DNA of 63,998 nucleotides, counting the filler, from Stramenopiles sp. TOSAG23-6 (Eukaryota), in NCBI GenBank assembly GCA_900128565.1. It is 8 parts of 8 records of this genome, joined end to end, with 100 filler letters (N's around TTAATTAATTAA, not from the genome) between each part and the next. Parts side by side here need not be neighbours in the genome. Positions count along the whole stretch, not along the records: positions 1 to 7,936 come from LT636496.1; positions 8,037 to 15,968 come from LT636497.1; 6 more parts are not named here. One strand, written 5' to 3'. Position 1 is the stretch's first letter. Each line of letters opens with the position of its first letter. Made by a program: the position numbers and the translations under genes. This document shows positions 1-13,800 of the stretch, piece by piece. The notes beneath the pieces are model-generated. The model did no database searches. It was not told the origin of the DNA and saw only the letters and a program-made list of their open reading frames with translations.

Positions 1-467
1 TTGTGAAAAAATATTTTTTCACTACTAGAGTTATATTTTTAAATTTATTTCGAAATTCAAACTTCATTTTTTGAAAATTTGCTACTGCCAAATGCGCGGG
101 CAATATTGCCGCCCGATTCGTAACTAGTACCTTTATCACTAAATATTTCCATTCTTTTCAAATTGTGCATTTTTGCATTCGCCGAAACATGGCTTGCCTA
201 CAACGCTTTCGACGAGCACATAGTGTGTTTTCCCCTACACGCTATCACAATAAAGCCATTTCGAGACATATTGTCACTGGTGANNNNNNNNNNNNNNNNN
301 NNNNNNNNNNNNNNNNNNNNNNNNNNNNNNNNNNNNNNNNNNNNNNNNNNNNNNNNNNNNNNNNNNNNNNNNNNNNNNNNNNNNNNNNNNNNNNNNNNNN
401 NNNNNNNNNNNNNNNNNNNNNNNNNNNNNNNNNNNNNNNNNNNNNNNNNNNNNNNNNNNNNNNNNNG

Positions 468-3400
468 GAGTAGGTCTTGTGGCAAACATTAAAGGAAAAC
501 CTCTCCGTAAAATTATGGATGATGGTCGTATCGTATTAGAGAGGCTCGAACACCGTGGAGCTGTTGGTGAAGAAGTCAACACGGGTGATGGGGCTGGAAT
601 TATGACTTCTATACCACACGATTTTTTTGTAAAGGTCATAAAAGATTTGGATTTTAAGCTTCCCAGTGAAGGGCAATATCTAGTCGGAAATATTTTCCTG
701 AACCCACACCGCGCAATTCGACTACAAACCAAGAAAAGATTCCAGCAGATTGCGGAAGATCTTAATCTCAAGATACTTGGATGGCGGAAACTTCCTACTG
801 ACAATAGCACTTTAGGTCCGAGCGCACTATCTCTAGTACGTATAAAGGTCAATTTACGTGCAGCCAACTGTATGACTACTATGAAGATCTATGCGATCCT
901 CATTATCATTCAAAATTTGCAATGGTCCACTCTCGATTTTCGACAAACACATTTCCTTCATGGGAGAGAGCCCAACCGATGCGTTACATGTGCCACAATG
1001 GAGAGATCAACACAGTGCGAGGCAATAGAAACTGGATGAGGGCCAGGGAAGGTATAATGGGCAGTAAAGTAATATCTCGTGAGAAGCTTGAGAGAACATA
1101 CCCTGTTGTTGACGAGTCTGGAAGTGATAGTAGTTGCCTCGATGACGTCGTTCAATTCATGCAACATTGCACTGACCGAAGCCTTCCAGAAATTATGATG
1201 ATGTGTGTTCCGGAGGCATGGGAAAATCAAACTGAAGCAACAATGGAGCTCAGCAAACGAAAGTTCTATGAATGGAGTTCTTTTGTCATGGAACCGTGGG
1301 ATGGTCCCGCTTTATTTGCTTTTTCTAACGGAGATCACGTTGGTGCTACCTTGGATCGTAATGGCTTGAGACCGTGTAGATACTACATCACTACAGATGA
1401 TCATTTGATTATGTCATCAGAGGTAGGTGTGTTGGATCTACCTGCGAAATCGGTTCGTTCAAAAGGTCATATTGAACCCGGTAAAATGTTACTGGTTGAC
1501 TTAAAATATGGCGAGTTTGTTCCAGACGAGGAAATAAAGCGAACAGTTACTAGTCAATTTCCATACCCCGAATGGTGCACTAAGTCCATCACAGTCGATG
1601 ACGTTGTCGCAAATAAACCCCCACTGTCTGTACCTATACCTGTTAGCCGTGAAATGATCGGTGGGGGAGATTCTGTTACAGTAGATCCACGTCTCAGTGC
1701 TTTTGGATATACCCAGGAGCACTTAGATTTGATTCTACCTCCAATGTGCATGACAGGTAAAGAGGGACTAGGTAGCATGGGTAATGATGCTCCTCTTGCA
1801 TGTCTGTCCAAAAGTCCAAAACTACTATTCGAATACTTTAAGCAGCACTTTGCGCAGGTTACTAATCCACCAATTGATCCATTTCGTGAAGCCTCCGTGA
1901 TGACATTGAGAACACCAATTGGACCGCATGGCAATCTTCTCACAGAGTCACAAGATCATTGTCGCCGTTTGGTTTTAGATCTACCTTTGCTGACTAATAA
2001 TGAATTAGAGGCCATTGTTACTTCGCCACCAGCAAAAAAAGATAGACTACCAGGGGCTAAAGCAAGGGAAAATCGTCGACGAGCAGAGAAGCGTCGCAAT
2101 CTTGATTCTCGTGATTTAACTCGTTCTCGACCAAATAAAGCGAATCCAGATAGTAATGAAGGATGGAGGGGTCGTTCAGCATGTATAGGTCCAACTGCGG
2201 TCGTCGATATGACTTTCCCAAAATATCCTAAAAATGTTGGTCGAGGTGTTGGTTTAGAACACGAGCTCAGACATCTTTTAATGAAAGTAGATGAGGAGAT
2301 AGATGCTGGTGCAGCATACATTGTACTAAGTGATAGACTTGTTGACTATGACAATGTTCCTATTCCTTCATTGTTGGCTGTCGGAGCTGTGCATCAACAT
2401 TTGGTTCGCCAACGACGTCGTCTAGATGTCGGTCTTATAGTTGATACTGCAGAGCCTAGAGAGGTACATCATTTTGCTGCACTTTTAGGATTTGGAGCCG
2501 ATGCGATTTGTCCATATTTAGCGCTGGATACAATACATAAGCTAGTATCTGAAGGTTTCATTCAAAAGCATGGTCTGACGCTTGCTGGAGCCACGGATAA
2601 TTATTTTAAAGCAGTTGGTATGGGTTTACGAAAGATTATGGCTAAAATGGGTATATCAACTCTACAGGGTTACAAGGGTGCTCAAATTTTTGAGGCTGTA
2701 GGTCTTGGCAATGATGTAATGAGTATGTGTTTTACAGGTACACCGTCACGCATTGGTGGGCAATCGTTTGAGGATATTGGTTTAGCTTCTCTCGTGCGTC
2801 ACGACTATGGTTTTCCTGCTCGTGAAAGTACCGAACGTACAGTGGAAGCTCCCGTTAGACAGAATTTTGGAGAGTACCATTTCCGGGAAGGAGGCGAATC
2901 TCATGTGAATACTCCGTCTGCCATTGCGTATTTACAGTCGAGTGTTCGAGCCGAAAGTTGCGATCATGAAGCATATTTGAACTATCAAGATTTCTCTCGG
3001 ATGCAAAGGGATGCAATTCAATCATGTACAATTCGAGGTGCCCTCGATATCGTTGGTACCGTGGAGAGTGGTATACCAATTGAGTCTGTGGAACCAGCGG
3101 AGAATATTGTGAAACGATTTGCCACTGGCGCTATGAGTTATGGAAGTATCTCTGAAGAAGCTCATGAGACATTAGCTATTGCTATGAACAGACTTGGAGG
3201 GAAATCAAATACTGGAGAAGGTGGTGAAGATCCTGATAGATATCTAACGATTGATTCCTCAGGTGATAGTCGTCGCAGTGCTATTAAACAAGTTGCGAGT
3301 GGGCGCTTTGGAGTCACAATTGACTATCTATCTAATGCGGATGAGATACAAATTAAAATGGCGCAAGGTGCAAAACCTGGTGAAGGCGGAGAACTACCTG

Positions 3401-6400
3401 GGCATAAGGTATCAGAAAGTATTGCAAAGACGCGGCATAGCACACCAGGTGTAGGTTTGATTAGTCCCCCTCCCCACCATGATATTTATAGTATTGAGGA
3501 TCTTTCACAGCTTATTCTTGACCTAAAAAGTGCCAACCCCTCCGCTAGAATCAGTGTTAAACTAGTTTCAGAGTGTGGTGTTGGAACCATCGCAGCAGGC
3601 GTTGCCAAAGCACATAGTGAACACATTCTTGTTAGTGGTCATGATGGAGGAACAGGTGCATCTTCTTGGACAGGCGTAAAACATGCTGGATTGCCCTGGG
3701 AATTAGGCCTTGCAGAAACTCATCAAACACTTGTGCTAAATAATTTGAGAAGCAGAGTAACACTACAAACAGATGGTCAGCTGCGAACAGGAAGAGATGT
3801 TGTGATTGCAGCTCTACTTGGTGCAGAAGAATTTGGTTTTGCAACAGCGCCACTGATTGCTATGGGTTGCATTATGATGCGAAAGTGTCATCTTAATTCG
3901 TGTCCGGTGGGCATTGCTACTCAAAATCCCGAATTACGCGCCAAGTTTGAGGGTAAACCCGAACATGTCGTCAACTACTTCTTTGCAGTTGCTGAAGAAG
4001 CTCGCCACTACATGTCTACTTTAGGATTCAAAAGCATTGACGAAATGATAGGGAGAACTGATGTACTACGACCTTCAGAACGCGCGCGTGATCTTAAACT
4101 AGATTTTGAAGGACTTTTAATGCCTGCAACTTCGTTGAGATCTGATGTACCTGTTCTCCAAAGTATTGCACAAGAACACAATCTTGAGTCACGACAAGAA
4201 CATCAGATTGCGATGGACCTTGAAAGCCATCTTCGATCAACACCTTTGCAGACATTCGAACGGAGCATTCAGATTCATAACACAGATCGATCCTTTGGTG
4301 CGTCTCTGTCACATATAATATCAAAATTTATGACACAAAATGATGATTTATTGACACCACCGACAGTCTTGATGAAGTTGAAAGGATCAATAGGACAATC
4401 ATTTGGAGCATTTGGTGCTAAAGGTTTACAACTGCAATTGGAAGGAGATGCAAATGACTATGGTATGTGAAAAATTTTATTTATCTTCTTTTAACTATAT
4501 TTGTACTACAAAACATGTGCTCATTTTCAAACAACTCTCTCTATATACATACACTAATAGTCGCGAAAGGATTATCTGGTGCCGAAATATCCATTTTCCC
4601 ATCATCGGAGCATCCAGCAGAATTCAATGAGACAGAAAGTACCATTGTAGGTAATGCGTGTTTATACGGTGCAACTGCTGGTAATGCGTATTTCTGTGGT
4701 CGAGCTGGGCAGAGATTTTGTGTACGCAATAGTGGAGCAACTGCTGTTGTCGAAGGTGTTGGGGATCATGGTGCAGAATATATGACAGGTGGTAATCTAA
4801 TTGTCCTCGGGCAAACGGGTAAAAATTTTGCTGCTGGAATGAGTGGCGGTCTTGCCTTTGTCTACGACCCAAGCGGCACATTTGCGATAGCGTCGTGTAA
4901 TACTGAAACAGTCGACGTGGTTCCTCTTGAAAACGAAGATGTCGCTTTTGTACAATCTTGTGTTGAAAATCACCTCTCAAAAACCAGCTCAAAGAAAGCG
5001 CAACATCTTTTACTCAACTGGGATATTGAGTGCAGACACTTTGTGAAGGTGTACCCTGAAGATTATCGAAGAGTGGTTGAAAGCTTGCAGGCAAATGTCG
5101 ACGGTTTGAATTTGAAAAAGATGCCGACAAAACAAAAGCAAACAGCAACACTCAATAATATTCAAAATAGATCGTTCAGCACATCGACACAAAATTTTCC
5201 ATTTATGACGGTTCCTCGATCGGAGCAATTATACCGCGATCCTCGTGAACGTATTTCTGATTGGTCTGAAATTAAAGCAGACACAAACAATCGGAGCGAA
5301 GAAGTGCAAACACAAGCCACTCGTTGCATGGACTGCGGTACACCATTTTGTCAATCATCCACTGGATGTCCTCTAGGAAATGTTATACCAGAATGGAATA
5401 GTTTTGTGAGCCACGGGCAATATCTTGATGCATATAATAAGCTAATCTTAACAAACAATTTCCCAGAATTTACGGGTAGTGTATGTCCTGCCCCGTGCGA
5501 GGGTGCATGTGTTTTAGGCATCAACAGCGATCCTGTTTCAATCAAAAATATAGAAATGGATATTATCGATTATGCATTTGAACATGACTTTGTAAAGCCT
5601 GCGGTTCCGTTGAAACGCACAGGAATGTCAGTCGCTGTGATTGGAAGTGGACCTTGTGGGCTCGCAGCAGCGGATCAGCTAAATTCCGCGGGTCATCAAG
5701 TGACAGTGTATGAACGGAGTGATGAGATTGGAGGCCTGCTTATGTATGGCATCCCAAACATGAAGCTGGAGAAGGAAGTTGTCCATAGACGGGTGAAAAT
5801 TCTCAAAGAAGCTGGTATTTCGTTTCAAACAAATTCTGAAGTTGGAGTCAATGTTGATATTGAAGAAGTGACATCGAGTTATGATGCTGTTTTAATTGCC
5901 GTAGGATCGACAATTCCAAGAACTTTAGGCAATATGAAAGGATCGAAACTAAAGGGCGTTGTGAGTGCAATGGACTATTTGACACCAGCAACAAAGAAAC
6001 TTCTAGGCAATGCAAATGAAAGTGCGCATGACGAGTATCTTAATGCGGAAGGAAAAAATGTAGTTGTTATTGGCGGCGGCGATACTGGTGTTGATTGCAT
6101 TGCAACGGCATTGCGTCAAAATGCCAAGAGTATTATCTCACTTGAAATTCTGGATATGCCACCGTTGAAACGAGGTGTTGGCAATCCTTGGCCAATGTGG
6201 CCTCGAATTTATCGTACGGACTATGCACATGAAGAAAGTATTGCAAAGTTTAATGAAGATCCCCGCAAATATAATATTATTACTAAAAGTATTCTCGATA
6301 ATGGTAGTGGAGCTGTTGCAGGTGTTGAAGTGAATAATGTCGAATGGATTCCTGCACCGATTGTTGATGGTGAACGTGCAAGTTATGAACTACGAGAATT

Positions 6401-6803
6401 AGAATCTACGACACCAAAGGTATTTGATGCTGATCTTGTTTTGCTTGCTATGGGTTTTACCGGTCCAGAGACAACTATTGCTGAAAAATTAAATATTGAG
6501 CTTACGGAAGCAAATAACTACAAATCCAAGAGAGGGAAGATATTTAAAACGGACACACATAATGTATGGGTTGCAGGAGATTGTCGACGTGGGCAATCAC
6601 TTGCTGTGTGGGCCATTGAGGAGGGTAGGCAAGCTGCTCGAGAAATTGACATTGCTTTGCTCGGATCAACAGCCCTTACAGTAAGTGGTGGTGTTAAAAG
6701 ATTAACATATACTGCGTCATTGAATAGTTCAAAACTTGTTGATGAAACTGATCCAGCGGAATCATCTCAAAGAGATCGGCTTTTAAAGGGAATTGGGTGG
6801 TAA
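468..6803 (+). CDS. GLT1: NADH-dependent glutamate synthase (fused alpha+beta GOGAT), 5' end lost in N gap; frameshifting deletion near 836; canonical intron 4463-4560
   Basis: Motifs HRGA..GDGAG, HSRFSTNTFPSW, HNGEINT, EPWDGPA, QIKMAQGAKPGEGG, CHLNSCPVGIATQ, then beta-subunit RCMDCGTPFC, NNFPEFTG, GGGDTG, GDCRRGQSL; intron removal gives ANDY|VAKGLSG. Confidence 0.95.
4463..4560 (+). other. canonical GT-AG intron (not of the repeat family)
   Basis: GTATGT...ACTAATAG; removal restores DANDYVAKGLSG. Confidence 0.9.
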
Positions 6804-6807
6804 GACA

Positions 6808-6916
6808 AAAATTTATGTAATCTTTATCTATCTCATGTAAAATAAATTTATGTAATCTTTATCTATCTCATATAAAATAAATTTATGTAATCTTTATCTA
6901 TATCTCATACAAAATA
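6808..6916. repeat. 3 x ~35-bp tandem repeat just after GLT1 stop
   Basis: AAATTTATGTAATCTTTATCTATCTCAT..AAAAT repeated three times. Confidence 0.9.
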
Positions 6917-7065
6917 TGAACCAATTACAAGAAAAGATAGGCTTCAAATGAAAGCATACATCACAACATCAATGACTTTGCCATTTGAACTGCTAAAACT
7001 ATAATATAAAAAAGGCACTCAAAACGATTTGAGAGATTATTGACATATAAAAAATAAATGAACTT

Positions 7066-7936
7066 TTAATTGTAATTTACTGAGTCACTCCATGCACGTT
7101 CAGCCTCCCCTTTTGCTACTGAACTTTCAGAGTTAGCAGTACACAAATGAGTTCGAAGACCTTGTCCAAAGTCGATGTATTGTGATAAAATATTTTTTTA
7201 GTAAAAAAAATTGTTAGCTACGAAATTTTCTACTAAAAAAAAATCGAAATTCACAATGAAAACGTTCACTGGTCTAGGATTTTCTTCAATTGCTTTTAGC
7301 ATTCCAACTATACATTCATCCCGAGAAGCAACTAAATCTTCCATTGTTGTTCCTTTTGTCTCTCGTTCGGAACCTGCGACAAGCAATGTTTTCATATCGT
7401 CCGTTACTGGAGGAGCATGTATTGAAAAAGTATTTCAAAATTTCAAAAATTTGTTAGATACAAAATTTAGTACGAAAAAAAATCGAGATTAAAAAAAATA
7501 TTTCTAAAATTTGAAATTCATTATGAAAACGTACAACTAGACGTGATATAATGCGTGTAATATGTCAATTGTGCAACAAATGAGTACATTGAGATACCTA
7601 GGATAAAATTCGGGTTTGTGTGTGTAACACTCAGTAAATTCGAAATTCGTTAGGTACAAAATGTAGTACGGATTAAATTTCAAATTAACTTGGGATGTAT
7701 TTTGGAAAAATATTTCAAAAAATAATTCGTTAGGTACAAAATTGCGTACGAAAAAAAAAAATTCAAAATTGAAAAAAAATAAAACATACGTATTATAATA
7801 TTGATAATAGTGCATATAACATTCTCCAAATAATGTGTACAAAACGATAATTAAAATATAAATGAGTTCTAATTCAAAAAAAAAAAAAATTGTTAGGTAC
7901 AAAATTGCGTACGAAAAATAAATTCGAAATTGAAAA
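7066..7936 (-). CDS. partial intron-rich gene of unknown function; exon phases uncertain
   Basis: Coding-like segments (APPVTDDMKTLLVAGSERE...) between minus-strand family elements at ~7175-7267, 7417-7534 and 7695-7789. Confidence 0.35.
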
Positions 7937-8036
7937 NNNNNNNNNNNNNNNNNNNNNNNNNNNNNNNNNNNNNNNNNNNNTTAATTAATTAANNNNNNNN
8001 NNNNNNNNNNNNNNNNNNNNNNNNNNNNNNNNNNNN
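7937..8036. other. artificial contig spacer (also 15969-16068, 24000-24099, 32026-32125, 40044-40143, 48058-48157, 56054-56153)
   Basis: Identical 100-bp N-TTAATTAATTAA-N linker with stops in all six frames. Confidence 0.98.
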
Positions 8037-8097
8037 TACGAAATTTTGTACCTAACAAATTTTAGTTTTTTTTTTGAAATATTTTTCCAAAATATAT

Positions 8098-8530
8098 GCT
8101 CAGTATGCTTTATAATTGGATTTTGGCCAAAATTGATGGCCAAATTTCTTTTGCTGTTTTTATTACCTATTACTATATTTGTCCACGATATGTGGACAAT
8201 TGAGGACTCATCTAAGCCACGTTTTCAACAGGCGACAGGTGAAAGTCATCGAAAGCATACAAACAGTACGTTTTCATTATGAATTTCTAATTTAATTTTT
8301 TTTTCGTACGAAATTTTGTACCTAACAAATTTTTACTAAAACAAATATTTTCCAAAAATATATGTAAGCCTACAAAACGTGATGAAGTCTCTCTTTCACC
8401 AATTGCTACACGAAATGTCCCAACATTTATATCAGACTTTGATAATGAATTTGTACATTTTTTCAAAAATATTGGAATGATTGGAGGTTTAATTTTATAT
8501 ATTGAACTTTCAAACGAGAATTGTATGTAA
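8098..8530 (+). CDS. DoxX/SURF4-like membrane protein, 3' part; intron 8266-8363
   Basis: Hydrophobic helix FLLLFLLPITIFVHDMW, then after splicing EFVHFFKNIGMIGGLILY. Confidence 0.65.
8266..8363 (+). mobile_element. introner-like GT-AT intron
   Basis: GTACGTTTT..CGTACGAAATTTTGTACCTAAC..AATATAT; the AT end keeps frame to the FFKN motif, the next AG does not. Confidence 0.75.
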
Positions 8531-8658
8531 AAGAATGTTCAAAATCAAATAAATATTTTCAATTTAACTCTCTCTCTATTCTACTATTTTATTTCACTTG
8601 ACTCTCTCTCTATTCTACTATTTTACTTTTGATTGGTATAAAACAAAATACATTCACA

Positions 8659-10483
8659 CTATTGTGACAACTGCATTTCCTTCAATAGTTCAATATTATA
8701 TTCCAGCTGTTGCTTTTCAATACATTTTGTAATCCAGGGATAAGTCTCTGTTATATCTTCCCAATTAATTTTTTTTCCAAAATTGAATATATTTGATGTT
8801 TTAACCATATCTTTGAATTCCAACATTTCATTTGCCAGAAAAAGCGCTATAACTGAGGTTAGTTCCTCCGAAAATCTTTGGGCTATATAACCTTTGTATA
8901 ACAGTTCAATCCAAGCTATATACGACTTGACTAATGAATATTTCACCATATTACGAATCCTAAAAGAACTGCGAATCTGTCGAAGAATGCATGTACTAGC
9001 AGGTGAAGGATTATCCATTGAAAACAATTCAAGTCCCATGTATTTGGAAAAATATTTCAAAAAAATAATCGTTAGGTACAAAATTTCGTACGAAAAAAAC
9101 ACTCGAAATTGAAAAAAAAATAAAACATACATGAAAGTCTCCCCGGTTTTTTTTATTTGCTGTAGGATTTCATCAAAATAAATTACACTTTTAGAAAGAT
9201 CATGTTTACTATTGGAATTGCATAGTGCCTCTGCACAAGTCCATTTCAGAAATAAATGATTTGGATATAATTTAATCAAAGAATTACATGGATTATGAAA
9301 AAATATTTCAAAGAAAAAACGTTAGGTACAATATTTCGTACAAAAAAACAAATTTGAAATTGAAATGAAAACGTATAATATCCAGTTGCTACACCAGAAA
9401 TCTCCGAAATCTCCGATCTCGGGATGTTCGTATCTGGAGCAGGACCTGCCCACCATTCAATAACTAGAACCTGTCTAATACCGCTTGTTATTGGTGCAAC
9501 ACCGTGCATCTCAAATGACCGCCAAAGAATACATATATTGTGAAAAAATATTTTTTTTAAAATCATTAGGTACTAAATTTGGTACGACAAAAAAAAAATA
9601 ATGATAAAAACGTACAGTCGCCCTGATGCATAGTGTACGAGACAACACCTGAAAGGCTATTTTGGGCCATGAACTCTCCACCTGTATAGTTGCTGTAGTT
9701 TGAAAGCATGAAGCCAGCACTACCATGCGAGAAAATGTCCATATGCCATCCTATTTGTGCGGCTTCGAATTCGTCCGTAGAGCCTTCATATTCTAAAAAT
9801 TCAATGCAGCGAATTTTAAGTGTCTGGCCTGTTTTTAACACAGCGGTTTGAAGACCCCATCCAGATGCCTCATCTTGATTTCTGAAAATGTTCTCCAGTT
9901 TTTTAAGAAGTTTTGGATACATATTTTTGAAATGAGTATGTAAATATGTCACTTTATGACCAGGCTCAGGACTCAACTCATTTACCCCAAACTTACGAGG
10001 CGCCTGTTTAAATGCTGCTGGAATACTCTCATCTGCCAGCACGCGATCTTTCACGTTCTTTATATTACGAATATCCTCATCATTTAGAGCATTTGATATC
10101 CTGATTGTTCCAGGCATTAATTCCAGTGTTGAGTTGAGACATGAAAACTCATCTCTCCAAAACGAGGAAATTGCATGTTGCATCTCAGGAGTAGTTATAC
10201 CCACTTCCCCTAGATCTTGCGGTGTGAACATCATAATATCTAAAGTTTCTCCGTCTATGTTGTTTTTTATTAAATTCTTTCGGAATGTTGACACCTGGTT
10301 TTGATCAGGGTCAAGTGAGTCAAGAGTTTGATTACCCTTGTCACTACTAACAACACGATTTAGCCACTCAAGAATATCACCATTTGACCACTGTACTGGT
10401 GATTTTGTCACGCTACATTCATCCACTATCTCACCCAAACTTGATGAAACAAAATGCAGTACAATTAATAGCGGTATTTTCAT
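8659..10483 (-). CDS. secreted 2OG-Fe(II) oxygenase with SAM-like domain; introns 9533-9615, 9288-9376, 9038-9130
   Basis: Signal peptide; WH-D motif, YTGGEF, spliced GD|CILWRSFEMHGVAPITSGIRQVLVIEWW typical of the 2OG-Fe(II) fold. Confidence 0.75.
9038..9130 (-). mobile_element. introner-like GT-AT intron
   Basis: AT|GTATG..core..AAATACAT|G, 93 nt. Confidence 0.75.
9288..9376 (-). mobile_element. introner-like intron with apparent AT-AT ends
   Basis: ATACGTTTT at the family donor position, core present, ends ATCCAT; frame joined correctly. Confidence 0.55.
9533..9615 (-). mobile_element. introner-like GT-AT intron
   Basis: CT|GTACG..TACCTAAT..CAATATAT|GT; restores GDCILW. Confidence 0.8.
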
Positions 10484-10812
10484 GTTTCTTTTGATTGCTT
10501 TATTGTTCGTCGGTTTGATGAATCAATGGATAGATAGATGATATAAAAGAAGGATTATATTTTTTACCCCACTGTGTAGTACAGTACCTAGTAGGAACCG
10601 GAAAAGAATACCATTTTTTTGCTTTGGATCCACTTCGATTTTTTTGGTCGAATTTGCAATTTAGCAATCAACACGAAATCCCGAAAAACAGAAAAAATAT
10701 TTATTTCAAATTGTAGTTGACAAAATTATTGTAAAAAAATATTGACAGATAAACATAAAAAGTAAGATGTAATGTTTAATGATTAATGTTTATGCAAATT
10801 TGAAACTTGAAA

Positions 10813-13800
10813 TTAAAATGCACCATTGATTAGATCACGACCAGCTTTGGCCAATCTCTCTTCATCGTTATTTCGTACACGATTTAAATTCACAGGAGGA
10901 ATAGTAGGTGCTTGTGTTTTTTGCCACAATGGTCCAGTTTTGTGCCAAGTTCGGAGAGGCGGAATTTTTCGCTTTGCTAATATTGTATTCATTCTGGGTT
11001 GCATTTTATCTGCGTGAATCGCTGTGATGAATTTCATTTCTGGATTAATAAATTTACTTGCATCATCATCCTTACCCATTTTGCTCTCATAATCAAGTGC
11101 TTCGGTAAAGGGTTCACCAGCATAGACAGGAATGTCAGATAAACCTTTTGATACTACAGTTTTTAATGTTTTTGTCTTTGGTTCTCCGTGCCGAAGACCA
11201 CGAAATTTATCAATTTGATTACTCTTCTTTTTAGTAAAGTGTGGCATAAATCTTATGTTATCAACAACAACTTTCGATTGCCACTCCTTTTCTTCTCTTT
11301 CCTTTTTAGATTTAGCAGCTAATGCTGCTCCTTCGCCTCCACCCGATACTAAATGAACAGATTTAAAATATTCAGGATCTTGTTTACCTGTATTAGGGTC
11401 AATGAGGCCATATACCATTGAACCACTTTTAATAGGAGTCGTATTGAAGCCTGATTTTGTCATCATTAATGTATCAATCGTATACTCTGTTGGTCGCGCT
11501 ATCCCTTTAGATGCACCTTCCACCCATCTTTCACGAAGTTCTTCTGCTCGAGATGCCGATGGTGCATCAGGATGTTTTATAAATTCTATGGGATCTTTCG
11601 GTGCAGGATAAACAAAGCCAGACTTTGTGGTCCATCGACTTTTGTTATTCGCTTTTGCTTGCTGTTCGACATCATCAGGATTAATAGGCGCGACAGTTGA
11701 ACCAAAAAAGTCACGCGAATATGTATAAGAAGCATTAGTATCATTTGCAATACGCTGTCGAAGTTCTTCTTTATCTTTTTCTAATGATCTAAGCTTCTGT
11801 GGACCATATATATAGATTTCACATGGATCATTCTTTGCTTCCTCCGCTTCTCGTTGTTTTTTCTGTCTCGCAATTTCACGAAATTGTTTTGCTGTATCTA
11901 AATGTTGTGATAAAAAATCCTTTCTCGGCTGTGAGCTGCGTTCCATTAAATATTTTTCATAATCTTCGTTGGCAGTATCTAGAGGAGCTTTCTTAGATGA
12001 TACCGTATTTTCTTCTTCTGGGACAGGATCGGTTGTTTCCGTAATCGAAGTAGTTCCTGTTGATGTTGTAGTACTAGCCCCACCGAGTGATCCTTTTGGG
12101 CGTCTTTTTTTCTTCTTTCGCACTTCTCCCTCCATATCATATAAAGTAACTGTCTCGCCATATTTGTTTTCCATTTCATTCATTGCATTTACTGAAGGGA
12201 AAAGACTACGATCGCGCAAGTCTTTGAGGGTATCAACAGCGCCAGAACGAATTTCAGAAAGTCCCTGCATCCCAGAGAAGCATTCAGAACTAACTTTATT
12301 ACGATTATACAATTCAGGCATCTGAATAAGACGAGGTAAAGGATTACGCAATCGGATTATCTTGATATCAACATCAAATGAGGCATACATTCGTCGATTA
12401 AAGCAGCATGTGGAATTCATCATAATTTTAGTTTCCTTTGTGTTCGGACCCTCACGTTTTATTGCATCTCTAATGCGGGCCATTCCTCCATTAGATAAAC
12501 CCTCAACAACAAGTAAACGACAATGATCATCAACAATTTGAAAACCTGTAATTATATCCAACTCTCCATGATTAGCTGCAGAAACTTCTTCTTCTGTGAG
12601 TTGATATGAACGTAGTGATATTCCAGGTAATGCGGATGTATTCACAGCGGCATGTACTTTTCGAACTTTAATTAGCAATTCTGGATTTTTGTAAGGAAAT
12701 ACAAACACAGCCCTTTCAAATATGGGTAATGGAACTGCATCATTTGGATTAATTTGAAATATAGGATGACATAAAGTTAAATCCAAAACCATTCGAGTTT
12801 CAGATTCAACATATTTAGCAGGTCGCATTGCTATGAGCTGAGCATCTGAGAATTCCCACTCAGCAGCCTTTGCTGCACCTTTTGGTAAACATCTCCGTTT
12901 CATTGGTACAACAGGCTCAACAAGTTTTAGGTTTACAGATTGTTCGAAATCGTCCGGGTGAAGCAAACCCGCAGAGCGCTGAAATGCTTGTTTTACTTCA
13001 TTAACACGGTCTAAAAGCCCATTTAATCTAAAGCTAGCTTCTCCATGCGTAGAAAAATCTCCTGAACGGAGAACATCATTTTCTTGTTCAGCAATGATTA
13101 TATTTTGTACGTCCCACACATCTCGGCATGTATCTAAACCATCTTTATCAGAAGTCGTGTCATCATCACTAGCACTTTCGTTATCTTCTTCAATGTTCAC
13201 TGCCAATAACTTTTCGTACCTCAATTCATTTTCCACTATACTTTCCTCATTAGGCCACGTATCTCTATCGTGAAGTTCTACAACTAGTGGGTTTGCTTCA
13301 ATGCACTGATAAACCTCTGATGCTGGCATCAGACCAGCAAGAAAAACTGTCTTGTGGAACCATTTTACATTCCCACCAGTTTCAACCTGTTTAGGCTGGG
13401 GTAAGCGTAATGTTCTTACAACTCTCGGGGTTAGATCGCCATCAAAAAACTGAAATGAAGCTCTAATTTGCCTGCAGTGTTTATCCAAAACAGAGTACAT
13501 TGTAGGTCGGCTAAAATCTTTATGCCCAGCTAATTCATGAAGGCTCAGGTCAAGATTTGTTCCTGGAAGACCTTTCACAGACCGTAATGTCATAGATAAG
13601 GGATTGACTTCCTCTTCAACTTCTTTAGATAACATTTTTTTGTCTGATAAAACTGATACTTCTAAAACATCGATTATATTTAATAACCCTATTGGAGGTT
13701 CCGCTGCAGAAAAGTAATCATTTGAAGTGGATGCATCTTCATTTTGTGCCAAGTCTCCTACAAATTCACTGGTAGCCCAAAGTTTTCGCACTTCTTTATC

